From contig NC_068998.1 in assembly GCF_001194135.2 (NCBI RefSeq), forward strand, positions 21,770,753 through 21,834,752: a stretch of DNA of 64,000 bases, read 5' to 3'. Shown here in pieces: positions 38,790 through 51,279 of this stretch (within the stretch, counting starts at the first letter, position 1; the number at the start of each line of letters is the position of its first letter). The stretch is from Octopus bimaculoides (taxonomy: Eukaryota). The notes beneath the pieces were generated by a model. The model ran no database searches. It worked only from the letters and a program-made list of their open reading frames with translations, and was not told the DNA's origin. Position numbers and translations under genes: made by a program.

Positions 38790-40985
38790 TCGTAACGCAA
38801 TGTTGTTAAAATGCACCGGAGTCTTTAGTCGTCTGTCAAGTCATATCAAAGACCTCAGACAGATATTTTCCTGAAGATATGCGCTGAGCCTAATAAGACA
38901 TTAATCTTGCAAGACATTGCAAGACATTAATCTTGCATGGGATTTCCAGTTGCAAGTCATTAATCTTTTTGCAAGACATCAATCTTGCATGGGATTTCCA
39001 GTTGGCTTAAGAAGTCTTCAAGTTTCCATGGGATTGAGCCCGACGCTCCGATCATATTTACAATACCGTCTCACATTCCATGCAGTATTGCCATTTATAA
39101 TTTCATTTCGGAGTACTTGGCGATTTTTAAATCTCTTTACTCACAACATTCATGTCATTTGGTATGGCTACACACACTATTTGTCACTTTTATTCAACAT
39201 GACGATATCCGGTCGACGGTGTTCAATTACACGATCCGTCTGAAAAATCATAGTCTTAGAGTATCGTTACTTTTCCATCCTCCTGCATAACTTTACTTGG
39301 TACATGCTCATACAAGTTCTCTGTTACTTCATATTGCTATTTATGGTATAAGATCCAATGAAGATACACACACACTTTATCGTGGCGGCGATTGTATTCT
39401 TTTTGTGCCAGGCTCTCACATCAACTTACCAAGTGGGTCACATTTTCCACACACTTTCCACAGAGTCTACATTTCTGGATGTCAGAAGTTTTATAGATGT
39501 TATACTTCACTGAATTACTAGCCAGAGCCTGGTCTTGTGCAGCAATGATCAAGCTTTTGGGGCTACACTTCAAATCACCCTGCCCACGATGCTGTATTAT
39601 CCTTAACGTCCTGTGTATGCTTTTCAAACTGTTCATGCATTCTCATTTTAAGAAGGTCTTCTGATCTCTTCTCAGCTCCTTGGTTAAACACCGCCTTGCC
39701 CGTCAATTCATTTGCATTTACATCCATATCTTTCGCGGTATATTGCAACAGGTCTTCATCACTATTTATCAAATACTCGGCAAGCGTTCGTCTTTCACTG
39801 GTTATACAATGGTGTGTATTAATTACATCTGTACCACCATTCTTCATTTTCATATACAGTTTATTTACGTTAGATTTCCGGTGTAATGTCCTATGCAACA
39901 TCATCAAATGTCTCGTCATTCTCTCCAGTAATCAGAGTTTTGGTATTGAAGTTGGATTTCAACACCATGTTCATCCTTTGTTAATACGCCTCGCTAACCT
40001 TGACTTTCATTTGTCTGTGTAGAATGTCATCCAGCTCCAAAATCCCTAAATATCTATACCCATTACCGTAAGGTTCACCCATGGTCTCTCCTGATGTTAA
40101 CCGCAATCCTTTGCAGTTTGCTTCCTTCCCTCTCTTCATATTAAGTACTTTTCATATTAAATAATTTAGGATTAAGCAATCCCAAATTCCATACCGATGT
40201 CCTTACCACATTTCTGGACTGTTTTGGTTAAGAAATCTATCAGTTCTTCAGACATCCGAGGCAATTTCCGGTCATCCATAAACAAGATAGTTTTATGATA
40301 GGCCTTTCTTCCCACACCTGTAACCCATCTTAACTTTCTTAAGTGTCATTGTTATGGGTATTAGTGCAATTACAAATAGTAACAGAGAATACGTGACATC
40401 CTGGAAGATTCCCCTTTCAATATAAACTTCTCCAAGGAATACATTACTTGAGTACAATTTGGCTTTCCACTCTTTCATACTATGCATCAGAAAATATGTG
40501 ATGTTGTCAGCAACACCAAACATCTGCAAGCATTCGACGATCCAAAAATGAGGCATCCTATCATATGCCTTCTTAAAGTCAATCCAAGCCATTGAATATT
40601 TGTATAATGTTTTTTCTACAATGCTTCAAAACTATCAACGACCAGGTGATCCTTGGTACCCTGAGAACTTTTCCCATATCCTTTTAGTTCACTTGGTAGT
40701 ATTCCTTCCTGTGCCAGGAATGTGTATGTCTTTGCCGCACGTATTCCAGTGAGTGCTACTACCGTCTTAATCTTCCAGATAATGTGTAGATATAATCTGG
40801 AATATTATGACAGTAGTTTCCCGCAATATTCCCATTTCTTCTCTCTTTCATTATAAGTGTTGTCCTCCCAGTCACTATTCACGCGGGGTCTGTACCTCTC
40901 TGGACACACTCATTCAATTAGGCTGCTAGTCTTTCATGCTCCATGAGGCATCTCTTCGTCAGAAGCCATGAATCCCATCTTGTCA
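38790..40985 (-). mobile_element. 5'-truncated R4-clade (RLE) non-LTR retrotransposon: RT, CCHC and endonuclease, pseudogenised
   Basis: AWIDFKKAYDRMPH..ERGIFQD..SLLLF (RT), TLHRKSNVNKLYMK..GG, IIAAQDQALASN..CRLCGKCVENVTHLVS (CCHC), QTDRVIEHRRPDIV, IGASG, LLGSAHIFRK, followed by an AAT-rich tail near 38750-38790. Confidence 0.93.
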
Positions 40986-40986
40986 T

Positions 40987-41032
<46 letters not shown>

Positions 41033-41324
41033 AGTAAAAATAAATACAAAAAAGGTGGATATTTTGTATGATTGTGTAGAGAGGAATATATTATTTTGCT
41101 TAAAAGAGTTCCAACACTGTCTGTTTTTTATGTTTTATTTATATTCCTGCAGAACTAATGTGGGGTATAGAATATGGAATATACAATATATAATATGATA
41201 TACAATATAGAATATAAAATAAAATAAAATAAAAATGGATGGCACCATGAAAGAAAGTATTGAATGTAGATGAAATATTGAGTGTTCAATATAAAGGATC
41301 AAATATATAAATATATAAATATAA

Positions 41325-41760
41325 NNNNNNNNNNNNNNNNNNNNNNNNNNNNNNNNNNNNNNNNNNNNNNNNNNNNNNNNNNNNNNNNNNNNNNNNNNNN
41401 NNNNNNNNNNNNNNNNNNNNNNNNNNNNNNNNNNNNNNNNNNNNNNNNNNNNNNNNNNNNNNNNNNNNNNNNNNNNNNNNNNNNNNNNNNNNNNNNNNNN
41501 NNNNNNNNNNNNNNNNNNNNNNNNNNNNNNNNNNNNNNNNNNNNNNNNNNNNNNNNNNNNNNNNNNNNNNNNNNNNNNNNNNNNNNNNNNNNNNNNNNNN
41601 NNNNNNNNNNNNNNNNNNNNNNNNNNNNNNNNNNNNNNNNNNNNNNNNNNNNNNNNNNNNNNNNNNNNNNNNNNNNNNNNNNNNNNNNNNNNNNNNNNNN
41701 NNNNNNNNNNNNNNNNNNNNNNNNNNNNNNNNNNNNNNNNNNNNNNNNNNNNNNNNNNNN
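41325..41760. other. Assembly gap; (GT)n on the right
   Basis: N run. Confidence 1.
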
Positions 41761-41830
<70 letters not shown>

Positions 41831-42146
41831 CTGTATGCATGTACATATCTCTGCTTCTAGAGAGTGAAGTTTAGTTGTTGATACATTGTACCGACACGAA
41901 ATGACAATTGGAGATATTTAAAGAAGAAAGAAACTTCCAAATTAATTAAAGACATTTCTGATCGTCCTTGGACGTAGACCAAGTACACTAGTTAAGTTCT
42001 TTGGCTTCTCTAACTTTTTTTCCTTCTATCCTTTCCGTTCTATTTATGTGCGCGCACCTCCTTACAGCCATAGATATATATTGTATGTACACACCCAGAC
42101 ACACACTCTGACACATGGTCACATATGTATATGCATATATAATCTA

Positions 42147-42177
<31 letters not shown>

Positions 42178-42922
42178 ATCTATCTATATATATATATATA
42201 TATACACAAATATACGCATATATGTATTCTGTTTCTTTCGTTGATCCCACTGCTCCATGCTTATCGAATAATGTAAGAGTCACTAAAACTTTGAATATTG
42301 AAGTGTCTTATATATTCTATAATAATTAATATTTTAGATTGAATACAGCAGTTTGATAAATAAAAGTTCCTAAAGGGACAGCTAGGCATACTTGACTGTA
42401 TTATGTTAAAAGCAAATTCAGTGCTGACATAAGCGTTATGATACGTTATATGAGAATGCGTGTTCAAGAAATCAGATGAAAATCGATAACATAATGCATT
42501 CTGGTGGCGTTGATAGCATTAATTTCATCAGAGAGTAGCTAGCAATCATACAGATTCTTCCTTTGGAAATCGATATTAACATTAGCAAGTAGAAAGTTTT
42601 GAACAAAAATTCCCAATCTCTATTTGAAAATCATACGAACACTATGTCTAGAGAAAACAAAATAATGCAAACAAATTGATCATACAAGAAATTAGTCCAA
42701 AAGACAATTCCACGGGAGACAACCTTCCAAACATATCGTCCCTTGATTCGTTGATTCATTGTTTCATTCACGCAATTTTTTACGACAACCCGCGAGGACT
42801 ACACGGGAGTTTTCAAACATGAAGGCGAACACATTTATTCATGTTATCGCATTGAAAAATTGTTAAGGCACTAAGACATTTCCCTACTTTTCTTAATATG
42901 ACACCAATAGTACGCTTAATTC

Positions 42923-42967
<45 letters not shown>

Positions 42968-43540
42968 AATGTCCGCCTGTCTGTCTTTCTATTGATCTAT
43001 GTATGTATGTATACATATATATACAGATATACCATATTGAAACGAAAAAACAAACGACTTTACTGAATTATGCTCTGTACTATAGAATAACTTGCTTTGT
43101 TTTTATTCCTTTATGTTAAGTTAGGAACGACAATAACGCGACTGTCACCGAACTATGAGAACCACTAAGAAGGCTGCGTTAGAAATGATACCCTAATTAG
43201 GTGTTGCTTCGCACTTTGAAGCAGCAAAGGGCATGGATTAATGAAATGAAATAGGTAATTCATTAAGAGCCAGAATATTTGAAAGACTAAATGTGAAGAC
43301 ATGAGCGTAGATAAAATTCGTAATAGCATTTCTTGCATGAAACACTGTGTAAATAGCATTGATATAGAGCACCCACTTCATGGAGAAAGACAGGCATGTG
43401 CGATTTAAATTAATATTTTTATAAAAAGGCAAAAACTTAAGACAGGAAATTAAAAATGTACTAAAAGACATGAAAAAGCTTAAATCGTTACACAGTAGTG
43501 AAAAATAAGCCATTACTATACATGAAAGTACATACATGCC

Positions 43541-43575
<35 letters not shown>

Positions 43576-43637
43576 CGTGTAACTTTTAATGTGTATACAT
43601 ATATATATATATATATATATCCATGCATATATGGGTA

Positions 43638-43736
43638 CAGACCGTCACCAACAGAGCAAATAGCATGAAATACGTAAACAAACGAGGGAAAACTAGTTAC
43701 GTATTTCATGTTACATGCACCGTTGGTGACGTCCTG
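43638..43736. mobile_element. 99-bp MITE-like hairpin flanked by TA
   Basis: Arms CAGACCGTCACCAACAGAGCAAATAGCATGAAATACGTAA and TTACGTATTTCATGTTACATGCACCGTTGGTGACGTCCTG are imperfect inverted repeats; TA at 43636-37 and 43737-38. Confidence 0.75.
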
Positions 43737-43745
43737 TACACTTAT

Positions 43746-44013
43746 NNNNNNNNNNNNNNNNNNNNNNNNNNNNNNNNNNNNNNNNNNNNNNNNNNNNNNN
43801 NNNNNNNNNNNNNNNNNNNNNNNNNNNNNNNNNNNNNNNNNNNNNNNNNNNNNNNNNNNNNNNNNNNNNNNNNNNNNNNNNNNNNNNNNNNNNNNNNNNN
43901 NNNNNNNNNNNNNNNNNNNNNNNNNNNNNNNNNNNNNNNNNNNNNNNNNNNNNNNNNNNNNNNNNNNNNNNNNNNNNNNNNNNNNNNNNNNNNNNNNNNN
44001 NNNNNNNNNNNNN
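43746..44013. other. Assembly gap; (AT)n on the right
   Basis: N run. Confidence 1.
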
Positions 44014-44055
<42 letters not shown>

Positions 44056-44240
44056 GTTATGAAGGGTATTGGAGTCAACCAAACCTTAAACATACAGGTA
44101 ATACCGAGTAAGTGCTGTATGCCGACTAGATTTGCCCCTAAGGTGGTTGCAACATGAGTCGTGTATTAGCGTGTATATATATAAAAAAGAATAACATAAA
44201 GAGACCAATGGCAAATGTATAATTATATTTTATGTATAAA

Positions 44241-44289
44241 GTCTTACAGCTGTTTCAGGGAAAATTCAATGTATCCCTTCATCGGAGAC
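44241..44289 (-). ncRNA. Minimal type I hammerhead ribozyme, near-intact (Penelope-type)
   Basis: Minus strand: GTCT-CCGATGA-AGGGA(TACATTGAATTT)TCCCT-GAAAC-AGCT-GTA-AGAC. Stem I is 4 bp, stem II 5 bp, stem III is the palindrome ACAGCTGT, the cleavage triplet is GUA, and there is one core change (U4C). Confidence 0.8.
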
Positions 44290-44482
44290 GGTAATAGTAG
44301 AAGAATGGATTATTACATCTATAAGAGGAGATTAGTAGTAAGAAGTGAGTGCGATGCGTAGAAGAAAGAACAAAGAAGAAAAAGTACTTGGAGTATAGTT
44401 CCATTCCAACAGTAAACATCCATGTAAAGAATCCGTGTGGGTATTTTTCGGAGATAATTGTAGTTGCAAAGGTGGATATATA

Positions 44483-45208
44483 TAGTTAATTCTAGTGCCC
44501 TGTGGAAGGAAGTACGGAGGCATCACATGTCCTTCATTGCTGAAAACCCCTAAAACTATGACAGCTTCATGAAAGTCTGTGTACATAACACTTGGAACTT
44601 CAGAAGGGTCTGCATATAAATATCTGTCATTTCTCCTGTTAACATTTTGATCTTGGTTGAAGTTTTTCTCGTTTGAAAAAAACCTAATCAAATCTTCTGT
44701 TGCATTTTCAGTTTGTTTAAGAGCCTTTTAGGTCCGATGTAGTGATTTTCGTTTGCTTTCTCTGACAAATGGACCTTTCCTCATCATATAAGACTTATAT
44801 CTGATGTTTCCGTGGACATTTCAGACTTTTCCATCTGACACAGAGATATTTTGCAATTGACCTCATGGACTTTGTGGGATTATAATCAATAGTCTGTTGA
44901 ACTTTATGGTTAAGTTCGGGTATTCTGATGATTTCAGAGCATATAGAATGCTTTGGATGCTTGGCATGCTTTGATACTGGTTATACGTTTCCATCATCAC
45001 TCTCTAGCTCCTCACAAATTTTGTAGACGAAAGATCTGGCAACATTTACAAATCGAGATATTTCTAAATCGCTATGCTCAGCATTTATTACCACAATAAC
45101 AGCATGCCTCTCTATTATTATTTTCTGAAACAAAGATTACACAGACTAAGCAAACCATGCAGTAATGACCCCAAAATTTATGTCCGCAAATACCGTACTT
45201 GCCCTGCA
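44483..45208 (-). mobile_element. 5' half of a second DD37D/maT-like transposon
   Basis: RHAVIVVINAEHSDLEISRFVNVARSFVY..NPTKSMRSIAK..RYKSYMMRKG..FFSNEKNFNQDQNVNRRNDRYL..VIVLGVFSNEGHVMPP; truncated before the second catalytic Asp. Confidence 0.8.
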
Positions 45209-45217
45209 TATAAATAA

Positions 45218-45335
<118 letters not shown>

Positions 45336-45594
45336 GTAATTAGAGATAATTAGAGAGAAAGCTAGATAGGTAGCTAAATAGAGATAGAGAGAGAAACCGT
45401 ATTACACATTAATGTAATGACAAGCGTAGAGGAGTTATATAATCCAATTCATTAGCTTATTGCTGTTTCTGTGATAACAACCAATACACTACAATATCAG
45501 TGCTTATACATTATACATGCGTACAGTGAGTTCTAACAACAGCCTGTAAATTTCGCTGTATACACACACACACACATGTATATATATATATATT

Positions 45595-45633
<39 letters not shown>

Positions 45634-45686
45634 GTGTGTATGCATATATGTGGACGTTATTACATATCATTATATCATTATATATC

Positions 45687-45731
<45 letters not shown>

Positions 45732-46205
45732 ATATATATATTTATGTATATATAACATATTAAAAAGGGTGGCTTTATTATTTGTCTATTATACACACGT
45801 AAAGATATACTTTCTGTAATATATATCATCTCGTTCCCAGAAAGGGAGAAAAATTATTAAAATTGAAAACTCAAATGTAGACGTTAGCCATATATACATT
45901 TAAAAAAATAAAGAAATGTCATTTCGTCTTGTTTTTATAATAGATTTGTAAATATAAACACACAGAAAATCATACACACTCGCAAACACACACGCACACA
46001 CACATACAATAATTTATTTGACTCAGCGAAGCGTAACAGTAACTGACTGAAGCAACGTGATTCATTATATATGCACCTTGTTTAGCGATACCATCATCGT
46101 TCTCTCGTTGTGCTTAAGGATGTATACCAACTGATATAAATAGTATGGTGGGTAAAATATAAACTTCGTGTCGGTCAGTGCAAATTTCTTGTTTACATGT
46201 TACAG

Positions 46206-46268
46206 TTTGGTTTTATCGCAGAAGTGTTTAATGAAGCTCTCTGTACAAGAACGAAAATACTGAAAAGA
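46206..46268 (+). CDS. Candidate 63-nt exon (FGFIAEVFNEALCTRTKILKR), speculative
   Basis: Good acceptor TTTCTTGTTTACATGTTACAG; only frame 0 is open; weak donor AGA|GTTAAT, or read-through to TAA at 46289. Confidence 0.3.
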
Positions 46269-46879
46269 GTTAATGAAGCAATTGCATAATAGAATAAACA
46301 TATACAAATGTACTATGAGTTTAAGGGGTTAAAGTGAGTTACCTAAGTGTTTTAGTTAGTTGGCAGTTTCTTGTCTCTTCTCTCCATATTAATCTTGCAA
46401 AACAATGAATAATTTTTTCGCACAAACTGGCGAAGTTTCTTCATCTATTATATCAGAAATTTGTTTTTGTAACAAAACAGTAAATGCTCACGTATACTAT
46501 TGGTGATCGTACAGCATGTCTTTTATAATTTCTTCTATAAGTCACTACATTATTCTCATTCGTTGATAATCTAAACGTCGTTTCCTTTCTGACTGTTGAA
46601 GACAAATTTGTGCTTCTGTTATCGCTTCGCTGTGATCAGAAATGTAGAATAACTGACACGATGCTGAAATTACAAATTACGGAAATAGTGACCATATGTA
46701 CAGTTTACCAACTGTATCTCTGTTTTGTATGTGGAACTTCTCTACGACACATATACTCTGTATTGGATGTGAGAAAACAAAATTAAAACCAAAATCAGTC
46801 GAATCGTGATATTAATAAGTACTGATGTAACGCAAACTATCTCTTGCATGCCTTTTACTCCTCTATCTTCCGTGAATAG

Positions 46880-46898
46880 TTTCTGTCAATGCAACAGC
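46880..46898 (+). CDS. Candidate 19-nt micro-exon (FLSMQQ), speculative
   Basis: Long pyrimidine tract ending GAATAG, donor GC|GTAATT; phase 0-1. Confidence 0.25.
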
Positions 46899-47028
46899 GT
46901 AATTCTTGATATTCTTAATTGCATGCAATTTATTTGAATCGGTTTTTCCTTAGGATGAATTTATTATGTACTTAATTTCACACGACTTATGTATAGCAGA
47001 ATTCTAATATTGGTCAGTGTAAGGCTAT

Positions 47029-47130
47029 AAGGCGGTGACAGAATAGTTAGCACGCAGAGAAGAATGCTTAGCAGTATTTTGACCGCCTATACGCTTTGAG
47101 TTCCATATCCACCGACGTTGACTCTGCTTT
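47029..47130 (+). mobile_element. 5' part of the 11785/37381 SINE family
   Basis: AAGGCGGTGACAGAATAGTTAGCACG..AATGCTTAGCAGTATTT..TGAGTTCCATATCC..GTTGACTCTGCTTT. Confidence 0.7.
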
Positions 47131-47763
47131 TTTGTATATCAGTTTGTATTGATGCTTAGGCACCTTTGACTTCTCTACACATTCCTTTTCGGAAAGGGAT
47201 GTTGCTGACCCACTTGAATAATGCACACACCTGTACATAGATTACAGTTTGTGACTGTAGTTAGTCGGGTTACAATATAATTTCATGATCGTGACTTAAG
47301 CGATAGTAGACAAATCCTTCTCGCACTAATGGCTGTGTTTTTTTGCCAATTCATTTTCCTGGGGAGGCGCGGAAGGAAAACTATTGTTTTTAATCTGTGC
47401 ATTATCTATTTTGTTTCAGTATGACTGGCATTTTCGATCGCCCAAATATTGACACAAAAACAAGAATATGAACTATTTGTTCCCACAAAACATGTAAATA
47501 TCCGTGTGTAAGTTCTATAACAAAAGTCTAACCTCTAAATCAACAAATTGACGTATACATGGACTCTGTATCCAGCATACGTATATAGACTTTTCTTGTT
47601 TTGTTGAAAATTAGTATCTTAAAACTTCTATTCCTGAATGCTCTCGTTTTGGAAACTGTATTATCAAAACGTGTACCATGTAATTTTCGCTGCGTTATAA
47701 TGCGCACCAGATTCGTTGATATATATTTTGAGGTTATTAAAAAAAATAGTAGTGGACATTATA

Positions 47764-49035
47764 TTAGGTCATCCCATAAATTCTGTCCGAATTTTGAATA
47801 AAGAAAACAAGTGACCAAATATATTTGATTGAAATTTAATCATCAATATACTTTCTCTGATTATCTATGACTTCCTTCCATCTATTTACAAGCTTTTTAA
47901 TCCGATCAACGTAAAACTCTTTTTGTTTCAAAGCGAAGAACTCTGCAGTATCAGTTTCGACCTCCTCTTGGCCTGCGAAAGTTGCCCCCCAAATGATTCT
48001 GTAATCTACGAAACAAATGGTAGTTTGAAGGAGCAAGGTCGGCGGGAGAATAAGGTGGTTGAAGAATTGTTTTCCCAACCAAGACCTTTGATCTTCTGTG
48101 ATGTGATCTTTGCAGTGTAGTGTGCGCATTGACCTGATGAAACATCACTCATTTTCGATTCACTAAAGCGGATCTTTTTTCTTCAACGCTTGGTTCAAAC
48201 GCTCTAATTGCTGACTGTAGACTTGAGCATTGATTGCTGCATTAGGAGGTAACAATTCAAAGTGAATTACTCATTTGCAATCCCACCAGATAGAGAGAAG
48301 AACCTTTTTCCCATAAAGTTCCCTTCTAGGTTCTGGTTGAGCTTTTTTTCCTTTTACCAAGCCACTATTTACGACGTTTACCATTTCGATAGAAGATCCA
48401 TTTTTTGTCATCAGTCACAAGTCTATCCAAAAAGGGTGAAATGTGTTTGCGAGAATGGAGAGAAGAACATATGTGAACTCGGGATTTGCGGTTGCGTTTT
48501 GCCAATTCATGAGGCACACATTTTCCAAGTTTAGGAACCTTTCCAAGTTGTTGAAGATGACGATTATCAGTAATATGGTTTGAACTAAGCTTTATTTCCA
48601 ATTCTTCAACTGATGCAGGATTTTCTTCAAGTAATGCCTCAAGGAGCTTATCATCAATCTCAACTGGATGTCCTGTTCGATCTTCATCTTCAAGGCTGAA
48701 ATCTCCACTTCTGAATTTTGCAAAGTATCTCCTGCAAGTTCTTTCATTCAAGCATTCTTCCTCATTAACCGAGTGCATGTTTCAAGTCACTTCGGCTGCA
48801 GAGTTTCCTTTTTTGTACTCATAAAGCATTATGTGCCTCAAATGCTCTTTGGATATTTCTAAGTTAGAAAGGGTTTTAATCAAAGAAATTTTAATTCTAT
48901 TATTCTATAAAAAAATATTTAATTAGTTTAAATAAACACAATAATTTTTAATTCCATTAGACATTCTAAAATACTATTAAATTTCATTCAATTTTAAAAA
49001 AGGTAAAATCGAACAGGACTGATGGAATGACCTGA
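47764..49035 (-). mobile_element. Full-length (1272 bp) mariner DD34D transposon, inactive
   Basis: TIRs TTAGGTCATCCCATAAATTCTGTCCGA and TCGAACAGGACTGATGGAATGACCTGA, TA on both sides. Transposase remnant about 48870-47836 (EHLRHIMLYEYKK..GKCVPHEL..LVTDDKK..PPYSPADLAPSNYHLFR..NRWKEVIDNQRKYIDD) with stops and frameshifts. Confidence 0.97.
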
Positions 49036-49099
49036 TATTATATACACTTGCTGTTCTTATGGTTACGAATAATGGTCTTCTTTTGTAATTCTATAACAG

Positions 49100-49116
49100 C
49101 AACGCTTCTGTTACAG
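49100..49116 (+). CDS. Candidate 17-nt micro-exon ((P)TLLLQ), speculative
   Basis: Acceptor TCTTCTTTTGTAATTCTATAACAG and consensus donor CAG|GTAAGT; phase 1-0. Confidence 0.32.
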
Positions 49117-50826
49117 GTAAGTGAGTTCTTGATTTAGTTAAAGTCTCCGGTGTTTTTACATGTAGTACTGCCATATCAGACAAGTTTGCTGTTTACCAAT
49201 AGGGATTTTCGTTCACAATTTAAGGATTCCATCAAACAATGAAGGTTGTTGAATATCGAAGGCGAAATGTAGTAAATATTCGTTTTAGCTATGTTGAACA
49301 TAAGATATGGTTAATGCCTACAATTTGATAATATATCTTAATAAAGGGAAATAATTCGAATACATGCAAAAGCCAATTTCGTATTGATTATAGTAAGATA
49401 TAGAAAAAAGTGCATAGAATGCATTTATGTATTTTATAAAAGTATTAGACAAAAAAAGCAAGAACAACATAACTGAAACGTATTTATTAAGAATACGATA
49501 AATGTGATGTTTAGCATAGAAAATACTGATATAGAGAGGAGAGCCCCACTGGGGGATCACATTACTGTTTTCCATATGGTTATAATATACGATATACGAA
49601 TTTTTTTTATCAACTGTGAAATACTTGATGTGATAACTCTCAGTCGTTGTTCGCCACGTTTGGCGAAATTAATATACTCCTCTGTGAAGATATAGAAAGA
49701 TATCGCGTTATTTTCCATCAGAATTTGTTTTATAAACGGGGACAATTATCATGAAGGTTACTTTGTTTCTTACTTCCCTTTATAACCCGGAAACCTTAAT
49801 ATTTGTACTAGGTACATGACTGACAAAATCGTGTATTGCAAGTATAAACTTTCATAATGTTTCTTATAATCGAATATTTCTGTATCTACAGTGTTGTATT
49901 CTGTACATCACTAAACTAATAACAACAACAATACAGCATGTATCAACTTCACGATTATTGTTTGTAGGTGAGAGGCATATGTTGAATATAAATAACATGT
50001 GTATAGCTTCACTAGTGAAATGAATTATATGTCTTAATAAGCACTTACTTATTGCATGATTCCATGTAAGCAAAGCGGAATTGCATTAAACAGAAATGAA
50101 GGATACTTTCAATGCACATTAGAATGACTGATAACAAAATCAGAATAAACCCTCTTAATAGACATTACTATGTCATCTGATAAAATAAATAGTCATTAGG
50201 ATTATACGTTGTTGATTCATTCAAGATATCATTGATAATCCTGTTAAACAGTAACAAAGATTTATACTGACATTCTGTGCAGGAACACCAGCCATTTATC
50301 TTCATTTTGTGGAAACAAACTTGAAATTTTCATCCAGTCTTGTCTAGAACTTCAATCTATTAAATACATTTCTTAAACAATCATCGGTTTTACTTCTATT
50401 AGAATGTATAGATTTAGACTATCTCTCGTATTATATGTCAAAATGATATATTATAGAAATGATACATTCACTAAAGTAGCTGCCACTACTTTCAGTTTAA
50501 CAAATCCAAACAAAATGATTTATTTAAGTTACTCGTTTACATAACTGCTCTTGCATGTTTGATTGCTATAGAAAATTTTATTCATTTATATGTACCACGT
50601 ATAGAATAATTACACTATAATATTACACTATAATATACATATTAAACCATTGAGTACCTCAGCTAATGAATCATAAAGGTCCTTAAATCTTAATTTAGGT
50701 CGTTAATTCCTATATTGTCGGCCGTATGCAGTTGAAGATGAAAGCTTTAATATGCTTAATATTTTTACATCTGAATATTTCAAATAATAAAACAAACAAA
50801 AAAAAACGCTTACACATGGGCTCTAG

Positions 50827-50850
50827 AATGAATTGAGTGAGCTTCAGAAA
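50827..50850 (+). CDS. Candidate 24-nt micro-exon (NELSELQK), speculative
   Basis: CTCTAG acceptor, AAA|GTAAGT donor; only frame 0 is open. Confidence 0.28.
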
Positions 50851-51181
50851 GTAAGTACATCGTATATTCGAAAGGAGTCACAGGCATTTGTGATTTGAAA
50901 GCAATTCAAGGACGATACGACATGTAGCCAACGAATTCGTAAAGAGAAACTCTTTATTACTAAATACAGACTCCTTTTGAACGCGTCTACAACACACGAC
51001 ATATCCACCACGGCCTTAGAATAACACAAACACACACGCAAATATTAAAAATGATACACTCAAGAGATTCCCAAGAATTCATTAATAAACAGTCCCAATC
51101 ACTGCTATAATCCATAACGAACCACGTTTGAGGTCACTTGACCATTTAACACCTATTCTTCATTGTTATTCTCCCTTCTCT

Positions 51182-51279
51182 TTCTTCTTCTTCTTCTTCT
51201 TCTTCTTCTTCTTCTTCTTCTTCTTCTTCTTCTTCTTCTTCTTCTTCTTCTTCTTCTTCTTCTTCTTCTTCTTCTTCTT
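51182..51279. repeat. (TTC)n microsatellite
   Basis: Perfect run; explains the poly-Phe ORF. Confidence 0.95.
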
